From Myxococcota bacterium (GTDB lineage Bacteria; Myxococcota_A; SURF-8), in NCBI GenBank assembly GCA_965140415.1, contig OZ223209.1:2272001-2336000 (forward strand): a DNA stretch of 64,000 bases. The letters run 5' to 3'. The notes beneath the pieces were generated by a model. The model made no database searches. It had not been told where the DNA came from and saw nothing but the letters and a program-made list of their open reading frames with translations. Position 1 is the first letter of the stretch, and each line of letters starts with the position of its first letter. The position numbers were made by a program, and so were the translations under genes. Positions 49,517 to 58,800 of the stretch are shown here, piece by piece.

Positions 49517-52156
49517 CTATTGAGTTTGACTTTTCTCTGCCTTGAAGCCTTTGGCACGGGCGCGAGAGTAATAGCTTTCTGCCTGTTCCTTGTCGCCCAA
49601 CTTTTCCAGCATACGTCCGATGTGGTTTAACAACAGGCCGTTATCTGGATCGTAGGTCAGCGCCTGACGGTAGTTTTGCATGGCTTCCGTCCAGTCTTTC
49701 TGTCGTTCTGCAATGGTGCCGGTTAAAACGAAGGCGTTCTTTTTTCTTCCTGGGTACGACCAACTCAATTGGTGGATCGTATCGGCGGTTTTACTTGCGA
49801 ATGCGATCTGGTCGGTCGCCAGGTAGGACCAGGCCAGCCGATATAGCAGCAGCAACCTGAGCTTTGTGGTTTTAGATAGCTTCACTGCACGACTTAATTG
49901 TGGAATCGCCTGCTGATAGTTTTTTTCTCGGTAGAGCGTCTCTCCAAGCAAAGCGAATGCGTACAGGCTATCCGGGAAGTTTTTCCGTAATAGCTTGACC
50001 ATGCCTTCTGCGGCTTGTGAATCGTTGATTTCAAGGAGCAGACGTCCTGCATTATACAATTCTTCAGCGTTTGCTTTTTGGGATTGCTTGAGCCATGTCG
50101 CAATCAGTTGCTTGGCTTGATTCGATGCTCCTTGCTTTACAAGAAACTCGGCCAATTCAAGAGTTCGGGCTGGCATGGCGGTGACGGTTGTGGACAACCG
50201 ATCCTTTTGAATTCCTGCGCTTAGCATTTCCTTCCAGATTTCATCTAGAGGAAGCTTTGGAACGGTTTTCCTGCATGCTTCACTGTAAGCCGTTATTGCT
50301 TGTGTATACATGCGCACTCCGGCGTAGGCACGGGCGATTTGAAGATCGACTATCGGATCGCTGGGATTGAGTCGCTGGGCTTTTTGCAGATGCAGCAGTT
50401 TGTCCGGAAAAGCGCTGTAAGACGATGTCGGATAATATGCCGACGCCAGTACTCGCAGGTAGTAATCCGCCGGATGGCGGTCGATAGCGGTTAACATGGT
50501 TGCTTGGAATTGTTGCTCAGACTGCTGCGAGTCGTACGCGACGGTCTGAAGGCGTTCCTGGCAAAGTGGAAGTTTTGCGTAAATTCCATAGCCACCGCCA
50601 AGTAAAACCATCAAAGCAAGTAAGATCGTCAACCCTGCCAATGCCGCCTGCGGTAATTTGAAGGCACGCAAAAAACGTCGCGAGCGCCTAGCATTGCGGC
50701 GAGACATGACCGCCCCGAAGAGCAGCATATAAGGCGCAGACACGGCGAAGGTCGTCAGGCTGAAGTCCACCATGTTGTGCAGGGAAACGCTTGTCAAAGC
50801 GACAATGGCAGCAATATCAAGCTGCTTGGCGTGAGAACTCTTGGCAAGTAAAAGCAAGGCAAATAGAACCGTTAAGAAAATCAGGCTGCCTAGCACAAAA
50901 CCTTGTTCCGTCCATAGTTGTAACAGGATATTTTCCGGATACTTGAAGCTGCGATCCGCAAAATGCGTTTTAAAGATCGGGTAAGTAACTTTGAATGCCT
51001 CAGCCCCAACCCCGGTTAGCGGAACAGATCCGGCCATTTGCAGGCTATCCTGCCACAATTGTAGCTTATCGACTCCCAGACTTTCCGGATCGGCTTCCAA
51101 CGTTTGCCATTCCGTCGTCAATTCAGGGCTTGCCAGCCAAAGGGAAAGTAAAGCGATGACTATTGCCAGCGCCTGCAAGAGCAACAGAGCCGTTTTATTC
51201 ATTTTCCGGGTTTGCTGACGAAGCAGAAGCAGTCCGAATAGGCAACTACCCACAACTGTCGCCAATATTCCTCCTCGGGAAAGAGTTAAGACGAGAGCAG
51301 TGGCGGTAATCAAGGCGATCACTCCCCAGAGAAGGCGGGTTTGTCTCTGGCGACTGCTCAGTATCAGTCCGATCTGTAATGGGAAGCACAGACCAAGGAA
51401 CCCGGCGAAATGATTGGGATTGATAAATGTGGAAAAAAGAAAACGCGGTGGAGAAGGGAAGTGGTACAACCCGAGAATACTGTCTAATCCCAACACTTTG
51501 TTTATGAATCCGATCATGGCCAGACCGAAACCCGTACTGGCGATAATCACGATCAATCGCTGGAATGCGCGTCCATGTGCGAATAGATTTGCGGCAAGAA
51601 AGTAGAGCATCAAGAGCGTCGCGAATCCACCGATGGCAAAGGCTGTTTCCGCAACATCGAGACTCAGAGTGCGCCATTGACCCTGACCGTACAGCCCCAA
51701 ACTGTCCAGGGTTTCATGGTAAAAACTGTCTGTCATCGGAGAAAGAAGCTGAATAAGCCCAGAAGGAAGAGGAAGAATCTGCAACAGGCTGAATACCAGT
51801 CCTCCTGCCAGAACAAGCCAGAATCCGTCGATTTTCAGTGTTTCGCGATTTCGAAGTGCGTGCAGCATATAGAAAGAAAACAGCAGCGTAACGAAGATCC
51901 GTTCAATCCACAGAAGTAGTGGGCGCGAAGTGGTGCTTCCTAGCAGCAGGGCAAGTAGTGGCAGCAAGGCCATCAGGGCAAGCAAAAGCCATCCTGTTTC
52001 CTGTTGACTTCTGGGACGACGACGTTGTCGAGGGCTTGCTTGATGTTCCGTTATCGTTGAAATTTGAAAACCCTCCGCTTTAACCTTCGTGATAGTCAGG
52101 ATTTCTAATACTCCCCCAAAACTCTGCCCATCTTGGAACGGTTGGAATTCTATCAC
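49517..52156 (-). CDS. O-antigen ligase (Wzy_C) family protein with C-terminal TPRs
   Basis: LQILPLP, TFINPNHFAGFL, LSRGG, GVG, PENILLQ, LHNMVDF, then TPRs. True start uncertain, probably downstream of 52156. Confidence 0.85.
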   Translation of the reverse strand: MIEFQPFQDGQSFGGVLEILTITKVKAEGFQISTITEHQASPRQRRRPRSQQETGWLLLALMALLPLLALLLGSTTSRPLLLWIERIFVTLLFSFYMLHALRNRETLKIDGFWLVLAGGLVFSLLQILPLPSGLIQLLSPMTDSFYHETLDSLGLYGQGQWRTLSLDVAETAFAIGGFATLLMLYFLAANLFAHGRAFQRLIVIIASTGFGLAMIGFINKVLGLDSILGLYHFPSPPRFLFSTFINPNHFAGFLGLCFPLQIGLILSSRQRQTRLLWGVIALITATALVLTLSRGGILATVVGSCLFGLLLLRQQTRKMNKTALLLLQALAIVIALLSLWLASPELTTEWQTLEADPESLGVDKLQLWQDSLQMAGSVPLTGVGAEAFKVTYPIFKTHFADRSFKYPENILLQLWTEQGFVLGSLIFLTVLFALLLLAKSSHAKQLDIAAIVALTSVSLHNMVDFSLTTFAVSAPYMLLFGAVMSRRNARRSRRFLRAFKLPQAALAGLTILLALMVLLGGGYGIYAKLPLCQERLQTVAYDSQQSEQQFQATMLTAIDRHPADYYLRVLASAYYPTSSYSAFPDKLLHLQKAQRLNPSDPIVDLQIARAYAGVRMYTQAITAYSEACRKTVPKLPLDEIWKEMLSAGIQKDRLSTTVTAMPARTLELAEFLVKQGASNQAKQLIATWLKQSQKANAEELYNAGRLLLEINDSQAAEGMVKLLRKNFPDSLYAFALLGETLYREKNYQQAIPQLSRAVKLSKTTKLRLLLLYRLAWSYLATDQIAFASKTADTIHQLSWSYPGRKKNAFVLTGTIAERQKDWTEAMQNYRQALTYDPDNGLLLNHIGRMLEKLGDKEQAESYYSRARAKGFKAEKSQTQ

Positions 52157-52495
52157 GAAATTGTTTGAGGAAGTTAAAAAAAGACAAGTTGTTCTTTGTT
52201 AAACGCGTGGAGTTTACTGGAATTAGGAATCATTGATGTACCGAAAGCAACAATAGCTGAAGAAATAGACGTACATACCGAATTATTCAAGAAGTTACAG
52301 AAATTGCTTTTTAATAAATTAATTGAATATCGGCTGCCTTTGGTCCGTCTTTATTCTTGAAACTAATAAAGGCGTGACCTTAAAGAAGATATCCTGACGG
52401 TTATTGGAAAAATAGCCGAATTGGAAGGTATGGAAGCTATGGAGAAGTTAAAAAAGAACTGGTGAAATAAAGAAATCCCTTATGGTTTAAACCAG

Positions 52496-52525
52496 TTGAC
52501 AAGATATCAGGCTTGCGGATATTAT
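52496..52525 (+). promoter_or_regulatory. Putative sigma70 promoter
   Basis: TTGACA-18 bp-TATTAT in an AT-rich intergenic region. Confidence 0.35.
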
Positions 52526-52758
52526 AGATGTATAGTAGTAGGAATCCAGTGTGAAATAGGTGTTGCGCAAGGGGCGTGTGGCAGCTTTCCCATCTGTTTG
52601 TAAGGGGCGATACCGAAGCTAAAGCATACCGGTTTCCAGAGAGCAGTAAAGTGTTGCATTTGGGTCGTGGGGTAGAGAAACGGGTAGTTGTCCGTGTGGC
52701 TTTCCCCATATGAGCGCTCCTAAGTAGGTTGTTGCTCTGATTAAGAAAAGGGAATCGC

Positions 52759-54429
52759 TTGGAATATCGGAGTTCAATTCCAATTTTTACAGTGTTGCTG
52801 GCACTTGTTTTTGGTGTGATTCACGCCATGCAATGGAGTGGAACCGTTGATACGGTGACCTACGCGCTGTACATTGGCGATGTCAGTTTGCAAGCGTTTA
52901 TCATTCATCCTTATCTCCACGGAAACCCATATCATTTACTTTCCGCCATCGCCTTTTTAGGGGTTTTCTGTTGGTATCTAGAAGGGCGTATGGGAGTTCC
53001 ATACGCTGCGCTGGCCTGGATTCTCGGGACGGTTTCCGGTGCATTGGCTTGGTTGCTGTTTGCACCGGTTACCAGTGATCCACTGATTGGCTCAACCGGT
53101 GGTATTACCTGCATGGCCATTGCCTACTTGGTTTTGGGTGATAATCGATCCTTTGCTTTGGGACCGGTTCTTTTATGGGGTATTGCTTTACTCTTTTTCG
53201 TTCCGGTACAAGGTTTTGCTACCACGCCTTGGATTGTTGTGGTCGTTTCAGCGATTGTCGGAATGCTATATGGTATTTTTTCTATGTTTTTGCTGTATGG
53301 GCGAGAAGAAGAAGTGGAACTGCTGAAGAGCAAATTCGCTTCGGGAGAAGCCCAGTCTGCTGAAAACGACGATCAACGTATTATGGCGCGCTTGTCTGAA
53401 GCGGTAGCGGCCAGTAATTCCAATGGTTCACAGGCAAGTATCGTTATCGAGGAGGATTCGCAGGAACTGTCCGGTAACCGTAATCGCGATGTGAATGATC
53501 TGACAACTTCCGATTTGATGATGGAAGGTGAAGCCGTGTTGCTTAGCCTTCTCGATTCCAACCCGGAAAACGTCGAAGCGCGTTGCCAACTCGTCGAATT
53601 ATACATTAACAAAAAGAAAAAGCAGGATGCGGAGATCGAAGGTCGCAGTTTGATTAAATTGCTGATCGATCAAGGCGTAAACTCCAGAGCTTACAAATAT
53701 TACCGTGCAATTGTCGATCAGTTCGGCGATATGGAGATCAGCGCCAATCTTATCGGTGGCTTATTGAAAAACCGATTGACGGCTGGTGACATCGATCCTT
53801 CCGAAGAATTGCTTGAAAAATTGATGCGTGTGGAGCCAAGTAATCGTTTAATTCCAGACTACCTGGCTCAGTACGTTCGGCTACTGGCTCGGTCTAACGG
53901 TCCCAACGACCGACATACCGTGACTTGGCTGAAACGTTTGACCGATGAATATCCGGCTCATCCTTCTACCCAGAAGTTACTGGGTGAGCTGAATACAGGA
54001 GAAATTGAAACCGTCAATGGTGATAATGGAAAAGATTCTTCTTCGCCTCTGTCATTACAGGATTCCGGTGTTTTCAGTATCGATCATGTACGCAAGGCCA
54101 TCAAGCAAAAGCACCTTGAAGAAGCCGTGGACATCTTGATCGATCAAACGGAAATGGTACGCCAGTTCGATCCATTGATTTTATACGGTGTTACGCTTGA
54201 TCTGTTGCAAAAACCGGAAACCATTTCCAAAGGCGTGGTGCTATTGGAATTGACGATTCGTGCGCATATTAAGCATCCCAATACACCAAATCTGATTGTA
54301 GAATTGGTTTCGGTTTATATTTCCAACCTCAAAAAGCCCGAACGGGCCAGACAATGGTATCAATTCCTTTCCAAACGCTGGCCGAATTCACCAGCGACCA
54401 TGCGAGCCAAGGAACTGACACGCGTGTGA
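52759..54429 (+). CDS. Rhomboid-like membrane domain (catalytic residues degenerate) fused to a TPR-like helical domain
   Basis: YLHG..YHLL, LEGRMG, PLIGSTGG; C-terminal helical repeats (YPAHP, WPNSP). Confidence 0.75.
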   Translation: MEYRSSIPIFTVLLALVFGVIHAMQWSGTVDTVTYALYIGDVSLQAFIIHPYLHGNPYHLLSAIAFLGVFCWYLEGRMGVPYAALAWILGTVSGALAWLLFAPVTSDPLIGSTGGITCMAIAYLVLGDNRSFALGPVLLWGIALLFFVPVQGFATTPWIVVVVSAIVGMLYGIFSMFLLYGREEEVELLKSKFASGEAQSAENDDQRIMARLSEAVAASNSNGSQASIVIEEDSQELSGNRNRDVNDLTTSDLMMEGEAVLLSLLDSNPENVEARCQLVELYINKKKKQDAEIEGRSLIKLLIDQGVNSRAYKYYRAIVDQFGDMEISANLIGGLLKNRLTAGDIDPSEELLEKLMRVEPSNRLIPDYLAQYVRLLARSNGPNDRHTVTWLKRLTDEYPAHPSTQKLLGELNTGEIETVNGDNGKDSSSPLSLQDSGVFSIDHVRKAIKQKHLEEAVDILIDQTEMVRQFDPLILYGVTLDLLQKPETISKGVVLLELTIRAHIKHPNTPNLIVELVSVYISNLKKPERARQWYQFLSKRWPNSPATMRAKELTRV

Positions 54430-54502
54430 GTTTCTTTTTTCCCTAGGTTTAACGAAGAAAATTCTTAGTGAGATTGTGGCTGATCTGTCTAATTCAGGTA
54501 GA

Positions 54503-55405
54503 TTAAAACACGAGGCCACTGATATCGATGTCTTTCAATACCCGGGCAAGTGTCAGTAGAATTAAGTAAAAAGCGATGGGGGGTAAAAACACGGAAAGCA
54601 TGGCTCTGGAATTGGAGATGTGATGCACCCGGCTCAATCCGATGATGGACATGACCATATTCCAAACAAAGGCGATGAAATCTCCAAAAATAGGAATCGC
54701 CATAAACAACATCGGTGACAGAGCGTAAATCACCACTCGGAATGTTCCTCGAAAACCTGCTTTGGCTGAATCCATCAAGGTTAGAACAAGATGGTACATC
54801 AAGGCGTTCAGGTAGATCGTAATAATGGAGAGCAGGGGAGAAGCAATGAGAATGAGATACGTGATGCGTTGTAACTCCGCCTCGTTCACTTGCGATGCGT
54901 CGATGCCACCCGCTTTCTGGCTAGCCTCGATGAGCATGGGCAAGAAGAGAATTCGATACAATGCCCAGAATATATAACCGATGGTTAAGAAAATCCAGCC
55001 ATAGCTCAGCACACCCTTTAATGGACCGGTTGTATCGAGACTGCTAAAAAAACGTGTGGGAGTTAGAGTCGCCTGTTTCCAGGTTTCTTTCAACGCGGCC
55101 GCAACTCCCCGTCTCTGGCGTTCTTCCCAGGGGGCTGATAGGCTACCTGCTTCCGGTTCCGGCTCTGCTTCCCTTTCCGTTTCAGAGTGTATCCCTAGTT
55201 CCTCCGCTCGTTGGGCTTCTTTTTCCTCAATGATTTCCCGAGTTTTCTTGTTGCCTAAAAGCACTTCCGGGCTGATCAGTACGCGGTCCTGTTTGTCGCT
55301 ATCGGGAGGATAGATCCAGATCCTAGCATGGCAGCGAGGGCAATCGTGAATGCCGGGGTCTTGAACGACGATCGGTCGTTTGCAGTGTGGGCATTGAGAA
55401 AGCAT
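54503..55405 (-). CDS. Yip1-family membrane protein with N-terminal Zn ribbon
   Basis: CPHC..CPRC; PWEE; P..FF; F..TFRVVIYA; GLSRVH. Confidence 0.8.
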   Translation of the reverse strand: MLSQCPHCKRPIVVQDPGIHDCPRCHARIWIYPPDSDKQDRVLISPEVLLGNKKTREIIEEKEAQRAEELGIHSETEREAEPEPEAGSLSAPWEERQRRGVAAALKETWKQATLTPTRFFSSLDTTGPLKGVLSYGWIFLTIGYIFWALYRILFLPMLIEASQKAGGIDASQVNEAELQRITYLILIASPLLSIITIYLNALMYHLVLTLMDSAKAGFRGTFRVVIYALSPMLFMAIPIFGDFIAFVWNMVMSIIGLSRVHHISNSRAMLSVFLPPIAFYLILLTLARVLKDIDISGLVF

Positions 55406-55454
55406 AAGAAACAGCCTTTGGCTAGTGGTTTGATACGAGGACTGGAAAAACTAC

Positions 55455-55491
55455 GCCGGACTCATCTTACATGATTGAAAGAGAGTCCGGC
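55455..55491 (-). terminator. Hairpin / putative terminator
   Basis: GCCGGACTC / GAGTCCGGC inverted repeat with a T-run downstream on the minus strand. Confidence 0.5.
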
Positions 55492-55545
55492 ATAAGGTTT
55501 TTGATCATATGATACTATTAAGAAACTCCGAATCTATTCGGTTCG

Positions 55546-56436
55546 TTATGGTTTTTCTTCTGTTTTCGGGGCAGGCAATCCCAGATCTTTTCGAAGGATC
55601 GGGGCAATCTTGTCACCGGCGGCGGCAGTCAGCGAGTAAAGCAGCTCGGAGAAAATGCCTTCCCCCGTAAAATTCATGTCAAGGTTGGACATCAGTCGAT
55701 TGTGTTTGACATCCCACATTTTTATTTTAGCGTTCAGTTTTCCTCGGTAGAAATTCTCGGTTGCTCCACCCAGGTTTTTTGTTGCTGGAATATTTATGGT
55801 TCCCACGATCAGGATGTCTACTCCTGCTTTGTCTTTCAAAATGGCAAATCGTTTTTTGTCCCCTTTGAAAAGGTGAGCGACATCTTCATCTTTAACTGGC
55901 AATTCGTAAGGATTGGCAGAAACCTGTTCGAACTCGGAGTTGATGGTTTGATAGATTTGATCTTCAATACCGGCGCCGTCGGCATCTCCCTCTGCGGCAT
56001 TGGCCTTGATTCGTAAAAGCACTTTCCGTTTCGCAGGTTTGTAGTCGAAAAGTGTACGCAATTGTCGGCTCAACTCTGCTTCTGCTTCGGTCTGGTTTAC
56101 TTTAATAGGTAATGTAAAGGATTGTTTGACCGGATCGCTGCCTACTACCGAGGCCACGATTAGTCCGGAAATGTTCTTCTTCTTTTTAGTGAATGTGATT
56201 TCTAGAGTATGTGTCGTTTTGTCCGTTTTTGCTTTGCTTAGCGTGTATCGGCTATCCAGAGCGAAGAAAGATTGGACGAACTCATTCATCCCCTTTAAAG
56301 CATGCAGTTTTGACGGAGTTTTGACGTCACTGAATTGCAAAGTATAACCCGCTTCTTGTGCCATGGCTTGGGTCGATAAAAACATTCCAAGCAGTAGAGC
56401 GGAGCAAGCAAGAAACTGAATTGATCTGAATCGCAT
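55546..56436 (-). CDS. Hypothetical secreted protein
   Basis: Sec signal (AMA/QE); AAGGA RBS; C-terminal VDILIVGTI..KIKMWDV loosely resembles CsgG/TolB-N folds. Confidence 0.7.
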   Translation of the reverse strand: MRFRSIQFLACSALLLGMFLSTQAMAQEAGYTLQFSDVKTPSKLHALKGMNEFVQSFFALDSRYTLSKAKTDKTTHTLEITFTKKKKNISGLIVASVVGSDPVKQSFTLPIKVNQTEAEAELSRQLRTLFDYKPAKRKVLLRIKANAAEGDADGAGIEDQIYQTINSEFEQVSANPYELPVKDEDVAHLFKGDKKRFAILKDKAGVDILIVGTINIPATKNLGGATENFYRGKLNAKIKMWDVKHNRLMSNLDMNFTGEGIFSELLYSLTAAAGDKIAPILRKDLGLPAPKTEEKP

Positions 56437-56614
56437 TCTTGGAGTCCTTTCACTGATCTTACTAATCACAGTTGTAAAAGATTTTAATGGCGGTCATTAT
56501 AGGTGATGTGTTCTTCTTGGGCAAGGGATTCAACATCGTTGAGATTTATTGGTGATCGGGCAGAGTTGGGATGCTTCCTTGCCAAAGAGGAAGCACGGTG
56601 TGAAACGAACCGTA

Positions 56615-57046
56615 TCAGTTTGTAAAATCACGCACTGCCCGTTTTCTAGCCTCCTGATAGGCGGCTTTGGCGCGCTCAAGTGTCGAATCCAACGTTTCCA
56701 GAGCGTTGGGATCCTGGAAATTCTTGATTAGAATACCGGCTGCTCCCTGTTTAACGGCTTCCATTACCAATTCTTTGGTGGGCGTCGCGGTCATCAGGAT
56801 GACTTGAACGATACGATTGCTTTCTTTAAGGAATCTCAGAATATCCAGCCCGCTCATGTTGGGCATATCGGCTTCGCAAATGACCATACTGAAGTGACTG
56901 GTTCGCGCTGCGTTGTATCCCTTTAGCGAATGATTGTACAATTCAACCGCATAGTCGTTTCGATCGTTCAGGATTTTTTCGAGCGTGGTTAATGTTTCCT
57001 CATCGGGATCGATGACGGCAACTCGAAACGGTCTATTTTGCGCCAT
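56615..57046 (-). CDS. Stand-alone receiver domain with Glu at the phosphoacceptor position
   Basis: VAVIDPD; VICEADMPNMSG; ILMT; GAAGILIK. Confidence 0.85.
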   Translation of the reverse strand: MAQNRPFRVAVIDPDEETLTTLEKILNDRNDYAVELYNHSLKGYNAARTSHFSMVICEADMPNMSGLDILRFLKESNRIVQVILMTATPTKELVMEAVKQGAAGILIKNFQDPNALETLDSTLERAKAAYQEARKRAVRDFTN

Positions 57047-57245
57047 GCCAATTCTCTCCTGTAGCAGTCATGCTCATATCATCTATAAGAAAAGAGCGGA
57101 TTTGCATTTGGTTTTAACGCTCCGGGTGCGCAGTATAACGGCATTTGCTAGGAATTGACAAGAGCTTTTCTGTTACAATTTCATGATGTGTAAATCCAAG
57201 CCATTTGTGTGGGCTTATGCAAATTATTCGGGAAGTTGTGTCTGT

Positions 57246-57929
57246 TTAGGATGAAAGGAAACTGGCTTGATGAAACTGTTTGACTAAATCTTCCCAGCGC
57301 AACCTCTGTTCTTCGTCCTGTTGCAGTCGAATTCCGATTCCTGCCTTGATGCCCAGTCGGGTTGCTTGTTTTTGCGGAATCGAATAGACAACATTTCCCT
57401 GTGTTTCGAATGTTCCGACCTCATCTTTAAAATGAAGATGAATGTCAATTAAATCGCCTGGTTGCGGTTCGATTTTTGGAAGTGGAGAATTTAAAAACAA
57501 ACCGCTATAGCTGATATTTCCACATGTCGTTTCGGCAGAATGGTCCTGATGGGAAACGGTTACTGGGACTTCAAACAAAAGGCGGACATCCTCGTTCATC
57601 TCGAAACTGGTTTTTCGTAGTGCTTTGCTGAACTTCAGAAAAGGGGCTTCATCCAGGATTTTCGCGGTAATTTCATGGTAATCGAGTCTTTCGCTTGGAA
57701 ACGATTGATGCTCGCAACTGGTGATCTCGGCGCGAAAGGTGTAGGACTCATGGAAATTCGGATCTCCGTGAAAGGTTCGAGTGCTGCCGATGGGGTAGCA
57801 GCCTGTACTGCGAAGGATCATTTCGGTATTGCTTGCCGCCATCAACAGTGCCCCTTCGGGTTCATCCATCGTTTCGGGGGTAATTTCAATTCGTGCATTC
57901 AAGCGAACGTAAATCGTCTCGTTTTCCAT
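57246..57929 (-). CDS. PilZ-domain protein (degenerate)
   Basis: EDVRLLFEVPV, NISYSGLFL, GNVVY, GIGIRL. Confidence 0.72.
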   Translation of the reverse strand: MENETIYVRLNARIEITPETMDEPEGALLMAASNTEMILRSTGCYPIGSTRTFHGDPNFHESYTFRAEITSCEHQSFPSERLDYHEITAKILDEAPFLKFSKALRKTSFEMNEDVRLLFEVPVTVSHQDHSAETTCGNISYSGLFLNSPLPKIEPQPGDLIDIHLHFKDEVGTFETQGNVVYSIPQKQATRLGIKAGIGIRLQQDEEQRLRWEDLVKQFHQASFLSS

Positions 57930-58045
57930 GTTTCGGCCCTTTTCGATGCCAACGGATATGTAATTGGGATGACAACTCAAACTACTGTATGTTCGTCTAT
58001 CATAATGTAAAACTCTCCGATTCCGGAAAGTCTTTTTTCCTTTCC

Positions 58046-58074
58046 TTGTCAATGCAGGAAGGCTTAAGTACAAT
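58046..58074 (+). promoter_or_regulatory. Putative sigma70 promoter of yjbQ
   Basis: TTGTCA-17 bp-TACAAT. Confidence 0.45.
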
Positions 58075-58139
58075 GCCCGTGATTATTGGAACTTTTAGAA
58101 CGTGACGACAATACTGAATTTACTGGAAAGTGACAGCAA

Positions 58140-58559
<420 letters not shown>

Positions 58560-58800
58560 CGCATATTCCTGGTTGAAGTTTGTGTATGTGAGCATTGGGA
58601 TTTGGGATAAAGTGCAATTCCTATGTTGCTGAAAACGCAAAAATGGTCTATAGTTACGACCGTTCTATATGCAAGACGTGTTCTGCCGTTTCTTGGCGGT
58701 TCTCGTCAAATACACGTGATGCATTCCACGATAGAATGAATGTGGATAATGCAAGTGGTTGAATGACGAACCAGGCGTTTGTCGTAGATTGAGGACTTCA

